64,000 nucleotides of DNA from Kiritimatiellia bacterium (GTDB lineage Bacteria > Verrucomicrobiota > Kiritimatiellia > JAAZAB01), in assembly GCA_041653875.1 (NCBI GenBank), contig JBAZEM010000003.1, positions 34,587 through 98,586 of the forward strand, given 5' to 3'. The notes beneath the pieces were generated by a model. It made no database searches. It saw nothing but the letters and a program-made list of their open reading frames with translations, and was not told the DNA's origin. The position numbers and the translations under genes are program-made. Shown one piece after another: positions 33,556 to 42,217 of the stretch (positions are counted from its first letter, which is position 1; the number at the start of each line of letters is the position of its first letter).

Positions 33556-34308
33556 ATGCTGACGGCATTCGGGATTTCCGCGGCCGCGGTGGTCTTGGCC
33601 GAAATGGGCGACAAGACCCAACTGCTGGCCATGTCCTTTGCCATGCGCTATCGCTGGCAAACCGTGCTTTGGGCGGTGGCCGCGGCCACCCTGCTGAACC
33701 ACTTTCTGGCCGTCGTTGTCGGCAACGTCATTACCGACATTGTGCCCATTGCATGGGTGAAATTGCTGGCGGCTTTATCGTTTCTGTTGTTCGGTCTGTG
33801 GACCCTGCACGACGACACCGCCCCGGGCGCCCGGCAGCGCGCCGTGACAAGCCCGTTTATGACTGTGGCGCTTGCGTTTTTTATCGCGGAGATGGGCGAC
33901 AAGACGCAGTTAATGACGATGACCCTGGCCGCGGACCAGGTCGTCAAGGTCGGCGGCGCCGGGCTTGCGGCCAAAGCCCAGCAGATCGTGCCCGTCTGGA
34001 TGGGCACCACTTGCGGAATGATCGTTGCGGACGCTATCGGCATTCTGGTCGGTATTGTCCTGCATAAGCGCCTTCCGATGCGCGTGGTCAAGTGGCTGGC
34101 CGCAATCGCATTTGCGGTGTTCGGAATGCTGGGGTTGCACGCGAGCCTGGACCATTTGCTGCCGAAGGGGGTGACGATCCATCATGGATACCTCATCGGA
34201 CTAATACCGGTAATGGCCTTGTTTATGATCGTAATCGCCAGACGGAGTGCGCGGCGCGGCGTCTTAGGGCGTTATTGCCATGTGCGCCCGGGGGTGATAC
34301 AGTCTTGA
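33556..34308 (+). CDS. UPF0016 (GDT1/TMEM165/MneA) family cation transporter
   Basis: Two copies of the E-x-G-D-K-T signature (LAEMGDKTQLLAMSFA and IAEMGDKTQLMTMTLA). The likely start is MLTAFGIS at 33556. Confidence 0.88.
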   Translation: MLTAFGISAAAVVLAEMGDKTQLLAMSFAMRYRWQTVLWAVAAATLLNHFLAVVVGNVITDIVPIAWVKLLAALSFLLFGLWTLHDDTAPGARQRAVTSPFMTVALAFFIAEMGDKTQLMTMTLAADQVVKVGGAGLAAKAQQIVPVWMGTTCGMIVADAIGILVGIVLHKRLPMRVVKWLAAIAFAVFGMLGLHASLDHLLPKGVTIHHGYLIGLIPVMALFMIVIARRSARRGVLGRYCHVRPGVIQS

Positions 34309-34342
34309 CGCAAACGCGCTTAATACGGCATGCGGATCGGCT

Positions 34343-35185
34343 TTGGACCCAACCATTATGGCCTTCGATATGAATGACGCACCCGAAGATCGCCGGCTAT
34401 TGGCCGGGCTTGCCCGGCGACGCCGCATTGTTTTGGCGTTGACCTGGCAGGATCTGCGCAACCGCTATGTCGGCGCGACCTTCGGTTTGCTCTGGTCGTT
34501 CATCCAACCGCTGGTCATGGCCGTGATCATGTGGTTCGTGTTCACGGCCATGGGCGCCCAGCCCCGACACGGCATACCGTTCATCGTCTGGTTCCTGACA
34601 AGCGTCGCCGCCTATAACTTTTTTGCCGAGTCGCTGGGCACAGCCGCGCAGGTCTTCCGGGAATACGCCTTCCTGGTCAAGAAAGTCAGGTTTCAGATTG
34701 AAGTCCTGCCGCTGGTTAAAATACTCGCCGCCGCCTTTGTGCATGTTTTGTTCCTGGCCGTCGTCATCGTCGTCCTGTTGGCCCAGGGCGTGAGCGTGTC
34801 GTGGTTCTGGCCGCAAACCTTGTATTATATGGCCGCGCTGATCCTGCTCGTGCAAGGCCTGAGCTGGATCGCGGCAACGCTCAACGTCTTCAGCCGCGAT
34901 GTGGCCTACGGGATCCAGGTGCTGTTGCAATTGGGCTTATGGGTGTCGCCCGTGTTCTGGGAGTTCGAGATGATCCCGGCGCGCTTCCAGGCGCTGGCCG
35001 CCCTGCTGAAATTGAATCCGCTGGTGTATATCGTCCAGGGGTACCGCCACAGCCTGATCGAGCAGATCCCGTTCTGGGCGGATTGGCGGCTCATGCTCTA
35101 TTTCTGGTGCTTTACGCTGGCCGTGTGGCTGGCGGGCTACGGGCTCTTTAAGAAACTCAAGCCCCAGTTCGCCGACGTGCTGTGA
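34343..35185 (+). CDS. ABC-2 type polysaccharide/teichoic-acid export permease (Wzm/TagG/KpsM-like)
   Basis: LTWQDLRNRYVGATFGLLWSFIQPLVMAVIMWFVF plus six hydrophobic segments. No ATPase partner is adjacent. Confidence 0.8.
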   Translation: MDPTIMAFDMNDAPEDRRLLAGLARRRRIVLALTWQDLRNRYVGATFGLLWSFIQPLVMAVIMWFVFTAMGAQPRHGIPFIVWFLTSVAAYNFFAESLGTAAQVFREYAFLVKKVRFQIEVLPLVKILAAAFVHVLFLAVVIVVLLAQGVSVSWFWPQTLYYMAALILLVQGLSWIAATLNVFSRDVAYGIQVLLQLGLWVSPVFWEFEMIPARFQALAALLKLNPLVYIVQGYRHSLIEQIPFWADWRLMLYFWCFTLAVWLAGYGLFKKLKPQFADVL

Positions 35186-35191
35186 ATCGAA

Positions 35192-36103
35192 CTATAGCCG
35201 ACGTAAAGCCGGCTCTACATTCTTGGTGGAGCCGGTTTTATACCGGCTAAGTTTTTTCCCGGCGCCCGTCAGCGCCCTGATCCGCGCAATCACGGCCTGC
35301 GTGGTCGTCTCGGGCGTCGAGGCGCCCGCCGTGATGCCCAGCGAACGAACGTTCCTGAACCAGCGGGAATCGAGCTCCTCCGGCGATTGAATCCAATGCG
35401 CGCGCGCATTCAGGGCTTTGGCGATCTCGTAGAGCCGTTTGGTGTTGGCGCTCGTGCGCGATCCGATGATCAGGATGGCGTCGTTTTGCAGGGGGAGCGT
35501 TTTGATTTCCTCCTGTTTCATGCGCGTCGGCTTGCAAATCGTATTGAAAAAGCGCGCGTCGGCAATCCGGGCCTTCAGCCGTTCCACGATGGGCAGAACC
35601 CGGTCCAGGTTCTGGGTGGATTGCACCACGATGGCCGCCTTGCGCACCCTCCGCAGAGCCTTCCAGGGAATATGCCCGGCATGCTCGATGATCACGGCCC
35701 GGCGCGCAATCTGGCCGATAATGCCCAGCACCTCGTCGTGGCGGCGGTCGCCGATAACGATCACACGCCGCCCCTGGCGGTCCATGGCGCGAACGATCCG
35801 GTGAATTTCGCGCACCATCGGGCAGGTGGCGTCCACGATGGCATAACCGTGGCGGCGGGCCAGCGCCAGGGTCCGGCGGGACGCGCCGTGCGCGCGGATG
35901 AGCAGTTTGGCGTTGAGGCCCGCTCCCAGGCGCTTTATTTTCCGGATGCCGGCCGCCTCCAGTTCCCGGATCACCGCTTCGTTGTGCACCAGATCGCCGA
36001 GCATGCAGACGGGTTTGCGCGCGGAAGCCAGGTCCCGCGCGATCCTGATCGCGCGCCGCACCCCGAAACAAAACCCCGCCGATTTGGCCAGATGAATTTG
36101 CAT
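35192..36103 (-). CDS. ispH: 4-hydroxy-3-methylbut-2-enyl diphosphate reductase
   Basis: AKSAGFCFGVRRAI, LGDLVHNEAV, DATCPMV, SANTKRL. The likely start is MQIHLAK at 36103. The last ~20 codons are encoded by the family A REP. Confidence 0.9.
   Translation of the reverse strand: MQIHLAKSAGFCFGVRRAIRIARDLASARKPVCMLGDLVHNEAVIRELEAAGIRKIKRLGAGLNAKLLIRAHGASRRTLALARRHGYAIVDATCPMVREIHRIVRAMDRQGRRVIVIGDRRHDEVLGIIGQIARRAVIIEHAGHIPWKALRRVRKAAIVVQSTQNLDRVLPIVERLKARIADARFFNTICKPTRMKQEEIKTLPLQNDAILIIGSRTSANTKRLYEIAKALNARAHWIQSPEELDSRWFRNVRSLGITAGASTPETTTQAVIARIRALTGAGKKLSRYKTGSTKNVEPALRRL
35193..35250. repeat. Family A REP pair (units in swapped order)
   Basis: atagccgacgtaaagccggctctaca ... gagccggttttataccggcta. 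Confidence 0.7.
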
Positions 36104-36177
36104 AAAAACCCCCGTTATGCTAACGTCCATCTCTTTATATCAGAAACAGACCGGCATTGTCATCGTCATTCCATCGT

Positions 36178-37401
36178 ATGAAAAAATCATTTGTCGGGTT
36201 CGGGTTCGGCGCGATCCAGGCGGGACTCTTTCTTTACGAGGCGCACGCCTCGGGACAATTCGACCGTTTTACGGTGGCCGAAGTGATGCCGGAGGTCGTG
36301 GAGGCCGTTCGCAAGGCCGGCGGCCGCTACCGCGTGAATATCGCCGGCGCGCAGGGAATCGCCAAAAAGGAAATCGGCGGAATCGCGATCCTGAATCCGG
36401 GCGACCCGTCCGACCGCGCGGCGCTCGTGGCCGCCGTGGCCGGCGCCGACGAACTGGCCACGGCCCTGCCCAGCGTCCGGTTTTATGAGACGGGCGGCGC
36501 GGCTTCCGTGGTCAGCGTGCTCGCCGATGGGCTTGCCGCGCGCCGCGCCCGGGGCGAGGCGCGCCGCAGTATCGTTTATGCCGCCGAAAATCACAACCAC
36601 GCCGCCGAGATCCTGGAAGGGCTTTTGACCGCGCGCCTGGCGGTTCCGGCGGCGGCGCTGCGCGCTTCCGTGCAATGCCTTAACACCGTTATCGGCAAGA
36701 TGAGCGGCATCGTGACCGATGAGGCGCAAATCGCGGAGCAGGGTTTGGCCCGCCTGGCGGACGCCACGGAACGCTGTGTGCTCGTCGAGGCTTTCAACCA
36801 CATTCTCATTACGCGAATCGCCTGGAACGATTTCGCGCGCGGGATTCCGATTTTCATCGAAAAAGACGATCTCCTGCCGTTCGAAGAGGCCAAGCTTTAC
36901 GGCCACAATGCGACGCACGCCCTGATGGGCTATCTCGCGCGCCGGCAGGGCTGCGCCACGATGGCCGACGTGCGCCGGAATCCGCGGATTTTGGAACTGG
37001 CCCGCGCCGCCTTCCTGCAGGAATCCGGCGCGGCCCTGATCCGGAAATATCATGGACTCGATCCGCTCTTTACAGAAGCCGGGTATCGCGAGTATGCCGA
37101 GGATCTTTTGGCGCGGATGACGAATCCGCACCTGCGCGACCTGGTGGAGCGCGTCGTTCGCGATCCGCGCCGCAAGTTGGGCTGGGACGACCGCCTGGTG
37201 GGCGCCATGCGCCTGGCGCTGGGGCAGGGGATCGCACCGCGCTGTTATGCCCTGGGCGCGCGCGCGGCGCTGGACATGCTGTGCGAGAGCGAGCCGGAAC
37301 GAAACGAAGCCCGGCTCCTGGACGCGCTTTGGGCCGAGGCCAAAGCCGATGAACGCGAGAAACAGCAGGTCAAGGATTTGATTCTCCAAAGCAAGTTGTA
37401 G
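36178..37401 (+). CDS. Putative NAD-dependent polyol dehydrogenase (mannitol dehydrogenase family-like)
   Basis: N-terminal Rossmann-like FVGFGFGAIQAGLF. C-terminal FEEAKLYGHNATHALMGYLA resembles the mannitol-dehydrogenase C-domain. The function is tentative. Confidence 0.55.
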   Translation: MKKSFVGFGFGAIQAGLFLYEAHASGQFDRFTVAEVMPEVVEAVRKAGGRYRVNIAGAQGIAKKEIGGIAILNPGDPSDRAALVAAVAGADELATALPSVRFYETGGAASVVSVLADGLAARRARGEARRSIVYAAENHNHAAEILEGLLTARLAVPAAALRASVQCLNTVIGKMSGIVTDEAQIAEQGLARLADATERCVLVEAFNHILITRIAWNDFARGIPIFIEKDDLLPFEEAKLYGHNATHALMGYLARRQGCATMADVRRNPRILELARAAFLQESGAALIRKYHGLDPLFTEAGYREYAEDLLARMTNPHLRDLVERVVRDPRRKLGWDDRLVGAMRLALGQGIAPRCYALGARAALDMLCESEPERNEARLLDALWAEAKADEREKQQVKDLILQSKL

Positions 37402-37413
37402 AAAAACCAGGGT

Positions 37414-37637
37414 AACAACTCGGAAGGTAGTCAGGAGTCAGAATTCAGGATACAGAATAAAATACGCAAGAATCGGAAGAACGCGACAGACATTCCGCCA
37501 AGGCCTTGTGTTTAGCGCCGATTCTCTTCGTATTCGCTTGGCCTATACGGGTTCCTTATTCTGACTACCTGCCCGCAGTGCTGTGCACAGCGTTGCAGGC
37601 GGGCTGACTCCTGAATTCTGACTCCTGAGCAGTTACA
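37414..37637 (+). repeat. Copy 2 of the ~225-bp structured element
   Basis: Same orientation and near-identical sequence to 1745-1969. It ends 15 nt before ATG 37653, with AGGAGG between the element and the start codon. Confidence 0.85.
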
Positions 37638-37652
37638 AACCAGGAGGGTTCA

Positions 37653-38330
37653 ATGGAATACGTCATTACCAAAGCCGCCCAACGTCCGAGCCTGAAAGGT
37701 CTGTGGGACGAGGTTCCCTGGCATTCGGTCAACGCCATAACGCTCGATAATTTTCTGGCCCAGAGCAAGTCCCGCCACCCGCGCGCGGAGGCCAAGGCGG
37801 TTTATCGCGACGACGGCCTGTTTATATTCTTCCGGGTTTTCGATAAATATATCCGTTGCGTGCATACCGAGTACCAGGCAAGCGTTTGCGAGGACAGTTG
37901 CGTGGAGTTTTTCGTGGAACCCAGAGCGGGGCGCGGCTATTTCAATTTTGAGATCAATTGCGGCGGCACGATGCTCCTGTTCTTCCAGGAGCAACTGTCG
38001 GGCCGGCCCGGCGCGCGCATCGCTTATAAGCCCTACAGTATCCCATGGGAACTCGGCCGCCAGGTCGCAATTTACCATTCCCTGCCGAAAGTCGTGGAGC
38101 CGGCGATCGAAACGGACACGGAATGGCGCATCGAGTATTTCATTCCTTTTGCGATCTTCGAGCATTACCTGGGGCCCTTGGGTTCGATTCCCGGCCAGGT
38201 CTGGCGCGCCAATTTTTACAAATGCGGCGGCGCAACCTCCCATGCCCATTGGGCCGCCTGGGCGCCGATGGGGCCGGAATTGAATTTTCACTTGCCGCAA
38301 TACTTTGCGCCGATCAGATTCGGCGCATGA
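37653..38330 (+). CDS. Hypothetical protein, possibly carbohydrate-binding family 9-like
   Basis: AGGAGG SD upstream and coding-like composition. FNFEINCGGTMLLFF ... WRANFYKCGG resembles CBM9-like/DOMON-like proteins, which is a weak recollection only. Confidence 0.6.
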   Translation: MEYVITKAAQRPSLKGLWDEVPWHSVNAITLDNFLAQSKSRHPRAEAKAVYRDDGLFIFFRVFDKYIRCVHTEYQASVCEDSCVEFFVEPRAGRGYFNFEINCGGTMLLFFQEQLSGRPGARIAYKPYSIPWELGRQVAIYHSLPKVVEPAIETDTEWRIEYFIPFAIFEHYLGPLGSIPGQVWRANFYKCGGATSHAHWAAWAPMGPELNFHLPQYFAPIRFGA

Positions 38331-39445
38331 TCCCAACAAGGAGAATGCTCGTGCAGATCGTTTCCAAAACCGCGCGCGGCCGGCAGGGATGGGAATTGAG
38401 CAACGACAAACTGGCGTTGTTCCTGATGGCCGGCGGCGGAAATATCGCCGGACTGCGGGTGCAAGGCCGGCCGGCGCTCAATCCATACTGGAACCCGACC
38501 TGGAAATCCATCGAGCCCGGCGCCTATCGCCCGCAGGACGCCAAGCGCTATGGCGCCAAGTTGTTGGCCTGCATTGCCGGCCACAATCTGTGCCTGGGCG
38601 CGTTTGGCGACCCCTCGCCGGAAGAAGCCAGGGCCGGGCTGGGTTGCCACGGCGAGGCGCCCGTGGTTCGTTGGCGGGTTTTAAAGCGCAAGGTTACGGC
38701 GCGGCGCATAGTCTTCCAGTATGGCTGTGTCCTGCCGATCGCACAGATGCGCCTGGCGCGGACCGTGACGCTCGAAGCCGGTTCGGCCATCGTGCGCATT
38801 CGCGAGGCGGTTGAAAACATGGCGCGGCGCGATCTCCCGTTCACGATGTGCCAGCATGTGACTTTCGGACCGCCGTTCGCGGAACCCGGGGAAACGATTT
38901 TCGATCTGCCGGCCACGAGAGGACACACGTTCCCGGGCCGCTTCGGCCGGCGGCAGCGTCTGAAACCGGATACGCCCTTCACCTGGCCTTTCGGCCCGGG
39001 TGTGAAGGGGGAAGTGGATTTGCGATTCATTGGACGCCCGCCCTGCGGCGACTATACGGCCAACCTGATGAACCCCAAACAGGAACATGCCTGGTTCAGC
39101 GCCTTGAATCCGCGGCTTGGCTTGATGGTGGCCTATGTCTGGCGCCGGGCCGATTTTCCCTGGCTCGGCATCTGGGAGGAAAACCGCGCCCGCGCGGAGC
39201 CGCCCTGGAACGGCAAAACGCTGGCCCGCGGCATGGAATTCAGCAACAGCCCCTTCCCGGTGGGTCTGCGCAAGGCCGTGGAGCGGGGCCGCTTCCAAGG
39301 CCAGCCGACCTATCGATGGTTGCCGGCGCGCGGCACGATCGCGTATGACTACGCCATTCTGGCGTGCCCGGTGGAAGCCTCTTGCAAGGGCGTTGCGGCC
39401 ATCGCCCCGACCGGCAAAACGTTCGGCGTGGATCTGCTCGTCTGA
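38327..39445 (+). CDS. Hypothetical protein (possibly mutarotase-like beta-sandwich)
   Basis: In-frame ATG at 38327 overlaps the upstream stop (ATGA). Alternative starts are ATG 38345 and GTG 38351 after AAGGAGA. The track ORF from 38045 overlaps the previous gene and is over-extended. Confidence 0.65.
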   Translation: MIPTRRMLVQIVSKTARGRQGWELSNDKLALFLMAGGGNIAGLRVQGRPALNPYWNPTWKSIEPGAYRPQDAKRYGAKLLACIAGHNLCLGAFGDPSPEEARAGLGCHGEAPVVRWRVLKRKVTARRIVFQYGCVLPIAQMRLARTVTLEAGSAIVRIREAVENMARRDLPFTMCQHVTFGPPFAEPGETIFDLPATRGHTFPGRFGRRQRLKPDTPFTWPFGPGVKGEVDLRFIGRPPCGDYTANLMNPKQEHAWFSALNPRLGLMVAYVWRRADFPWLGIWEENRARAEPPWNGKTLARGMEFSNSPFPVGLRKAVERGRFQGQPTYRWLPARGTIAYDYAILACPVEASCKGVAAIAPTGKTFGVDLLV

Positions 39446-39500
39446 GAAGGCCGCAGGCTATAGACTAGACTGTAGGCTGAAGGAAAATCTTTCGGCGGCG

Positions 39501-41435
39501 TCATTTCACCACGGCGCCGGGCGGCATCGCGCCATCCACCGTGACCAACCGCAATCGGTTGGCGTCGGACGCGGCCAACAGCATGCCCTGGGATTCGACG
39601 CCCCGGATTTTGGCCGGTTTCAAGTTGGCCACGACCACGACCGTCTTGCCGACCAACTCTTCCGGTTTGTAATGCAGCGCGATGCCGGCCACGATCTGGC
39701 GCTTTTCTTCGCCGCATTGAACCTGCAGGCGCAAAAGTTTGTCGGCGCCTTCAACTCCGGCCGCCTCCAGAATAACGGCCGCGCGCAGACTGATCCTGGC
39801 AAAGTCCGCATATTCCACCAAAGTCACACCGGCGGGACGGGCAGCCAGCGGCTCTTTCGCCGCTTGCGGTTGCGGAGTCGTTTCCTTGTCCGCACTCCCG
39901 GCTTGAATACGCGGGAATAACGACAGCATGGCGCCCACCGGCGTGCCCGGCGCCGTCCGGCCCCACGTCTTCAGCATGGATAGCGCAGGCTCTTCCGTGC
40001 CGAGCCCCAGGACCTGGCGCAGTTCCCTCATTTTTGCGGGCATGACCGGATACAACAGGCCGCTCACGATTCGCAACGTTTCCGCCGCGTTATAAAGCAC
40101 GGTTTCGAGCGGCCCACGATCCGCCTGCTTGGCCAGCGTCCAGGGCTGGCGCTTTTCCAGATAGCGATTGGCCTCCCGCACGGCGCCGGCCACCGCCGCC
40201 AGTCCCAGGTCCAGCCGCATCTGATCCAGGCATTCTTCCATGCGCGCGGCGGCGCCAAGGACGGCCTGATGCAACTGTTGTTCGTCGGCGTTTTCGGCTT
40301 CCGCCGCGGCGGACGGAATCTTGCCGCCGCAATGGCTGGTCACCAGCTTCATGACGCGGCTCAAAAGGTTTCCCAAATCGTTGGCCAGGTCGGCGTTGTG
40401 GCGGCGAACGAAAGCTTCCTCCGAAAAATTGCAGTCCTGGCCCAACGTCATTTCGGCCATCAGAAAATAACGGAAGGCATCCACGCCGTAGCGATCGGCC
40501 ATCTCGATGGGATTGATCACGTTGCCGGACGATTTGCTCATCTTGCTGTCGCCGACCAGCCACCAGCCGTGGGCAAAGATCGTTTCCGGCATGGGCAGAT
40601 TCATGGCGTGCAGCATGGTCGTCCAATACACCGTGTGGGTCGTCAGGATATCCTTGCCGATCAACTGGCAAGACGCCGGCCACCAGCGCTGAAACAGCCG
40701 GTCGTCGGCTAGATAGCCGATGGCGCTGATGTAGTTGACGAGGGCATCGAACCAGACATAGGTCACAAAATCATGGTCGAACGGAAGTTCGATCCCCCAG
40801 CTCAAGCGGCTCTTGGGGCGGGAAATGCACAGGTCGTTCAGCGGTTGTTGGAGAAATCCCAGGGTTTCGTTGCGCCGTGATTCCGGCTGAATAAACTTGG
40901 GATGCGCGTTTATGTAATCGATCAGCCAGGCTTGATAGGCGCTCATGCGAAAAAAATAGTTCGATTCCCGGATGGGTTCCAGCGCGCGACCGCATTCCCG
41001 GCAGGTTCCCGCCTCCAGTTCCCGCCCGGTGTAAAAACGCTCGCAGGGCACGCAATAGCCGCCGTCGTATTCCGCGCGGTAAATCTCGCCATGATCGAAG
41101 AGCGTCTGGAGAATCCGCCGGACAACGCGAACGTGCCGGTCCTCCGTGGTGCGGATAAAGTCGTCATGCGTAATGTCGAGTTTTTTCCACAGCGCCTGAA
41201 AACGACCCACCGTCAGATCCGCCTGTTGCTGGGGAGTCATGGACTCTTTTTCCGCCGCGCGCTGGACTTTCTGGCCGTGCTCGTCGGCGCCGGTCAGGAA
41301 AAAAGTGGGAACCCCGCGCAGGCGATGATAGCGCGCCAGGACGTCCGCCAGGATGGTGGTGTAAGCGTGCCCGATATGGGGCGCGGCGTTGACGTAATAG
41401 ATCGGCGTCGTGACATAGAATTTTTTGTTTTCCAT
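39501..41435 (-). CDS. metG: Methionine--tRNA ligase with C-terminal tRNA-binding (EMAP/Trbp111-like) domain
   Basis: HIGH motif NAAPHIGHAYTT, KMSKS motif KMSKSSGN. C-terminal VVVVANLKPAKIRGVESQGMLLAA. Start is MENKKFYVTTPIYY at 41435. Confidence 0.93.
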   Translation of the reverse strand: MENKKFYVTTPIYYVNAAPHIGHAYTTILADVLARYHRLRGVPTFFLTGADEHGQKVQRAAEKESMTPQQQADLTVGRFQALWKKLDITHDDFIRTTEDRHVRVVRRILQTLFDHGEIYRAEYDGGYCVPCERFYTGRELEAGTCRECGRALEPIRESNYFFRMSAYQAWLIDYINAHPKFIQPESRRNETLGFLQQPLNDLCISRPKSRLSWGIELPFDHDFVTYVWFDALVNYISAIGYLADDRLFQRWWPASCQLIGKDILTTHTVYWTTMLHAMNLPMPETIFAHGWWLVGDSKMSKSSGNVINPIEMADRYGVDAFRYFLMAEMTLGQDCNFSEEAFVRRHNADLANDLGNLLSRVMKLVTSHCGGKIPSAAAEAENADEQQLHQAVLGAAARMEECLDQMRLDLGLAAVAGAVREANRYLEKRQPWTLAKQADRGPLETVLYNAAETLRIVSGLLYPVMPAKMRELRQVLGLGTEEPALSMLKTWGRTAPGTPVGAMLSLFPRIQAGSADKETTPQPQAAKEPLAARPAGVTLVEYADFARISLRAAVILEAAGVEGADKLLRLQVQCGEEKRQIVAGIALHYKPEELVGKTVVVVANLKPAKIRGVESQGMLLAASDANRLRLVTVDGAMPPGAVVK

Positions 41436-41445
41436 AGTTCCTCGC

Positions 41446-41775
41446 TTATTTCTGAAACATCTCGGTAAGAATGTCGAGGATTCGGTCGCCGGATGTCTGT
41501 GAGAGTTGGCCAAGTTTCTTAACAAGTCGAGTCTTGTCCACTGTTCGGATCTGGTCGAGCACGATTTGCCCTTCGACGCCTTGAAAAGAACAATCCGTTC
41601 GTGTCGGATAAGGCCGCCCCTTGGTTGTCAGCGGGGCGACAATAATTGTGCCAATATTGTGATTCATCTCGTCAGGCGAGATGACCACGCAAGGCCTGGT
41701 CTTCTTGATCTCATGCCCGACAGTTGGGTCGAGGGTGACAAGAAAAACGTCGAATCGATTCACTTCCATTGCCAT
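41446..41775 (-). CDS. mazF: Type II toxin, MazF/PemK family endoribonuclease
   Basis: FDVFLVTLDPTVGHEIKKTRPCVVISPDEMN...IVAPLTT. 109 aa, lower G+C, overlaps the antitoxin gene by 16 nt. Confidence 0.88.
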   Translation of the reverse strand: MAMEVNRFDVFLVTLDPTVGHEIKKTRPCVVISPDEMNHNIGTIIVAPLTTKGRPYPTRTDCSFQGVEGQIVLDQIRTVDKTRLVKKLGQLSQTSGDRILDILTEMFQK

Positions 41776-42014
41776 TCCTCATCATCCCAACGCGTTGAAA
41801 CTGGCTGTGGATCCAACAACTTGTCGTCACCAAGCCGAGCCATCTGTTGAAAGGCTTTGCGCCATCCAGATCGGGTACGGCGGGGAGAATAGATCAGGAT
41901 CATCCTGTCCCTAATATCCATCTCGACTTTCCCTGTCAGTCCGCATTGCTCTATGAGAGGCTTTGGTATGCGAACTCCTCTTGAATTGCCGATGGAAATT
42001 AGTGTTGTTTTCAT
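41760..42014 (-). CDS. mazE: Type II antitoxin, AbrB/MazE/SpoVT family
   Basis: MKTTLISIGNSRGVRIPKPLIEQCGL... swapped-hairpin DNA-binding motif. 84 aa from Met at 42014; the track ORF from 42212 is over-extended. Confidence 0.8.
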   Translation of the reverse strand: MKTTLISIGNSRGVRIPKPLIEQCGLTGKVEMDIRDRMILIYSPRRTRSGWRKAFQQMARLGDDKLLDPQPVSTRWDDEEWQWK

Positions 42015-42023
42015 GCCGTCACC

Positions 42024-42049
42024 GTAAGCACATTGTGGGTACTTGTCAA
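42024..42049 (-). promoter_or_regulatory. Putative mazEF promoter -35 box and palindromic operator
   Basis: On the minus strand, TTGACA (42049-42044) is followed by the imperfect palindrome gtacccacaatgtgcttac (42042-24; core cacaatgtg) just upstream of the mazE start. Confidence 0.3.
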
Positions 42050-42217
42050 GATGTCTTTTCTTTTTACGCTGAATCCACCGCCGACGGGCTGTGAAAAGGT
42101 TTAACAGGTTGCCTTGAAACGACAAATTGCCAAAAAAAATTACAACCCGCCAAGAGATTTCGGCATTGACCCGCCTGTGTTGGCCCGCTATCGTATTCGT
42201 TTCCAAACCCAAGGACG

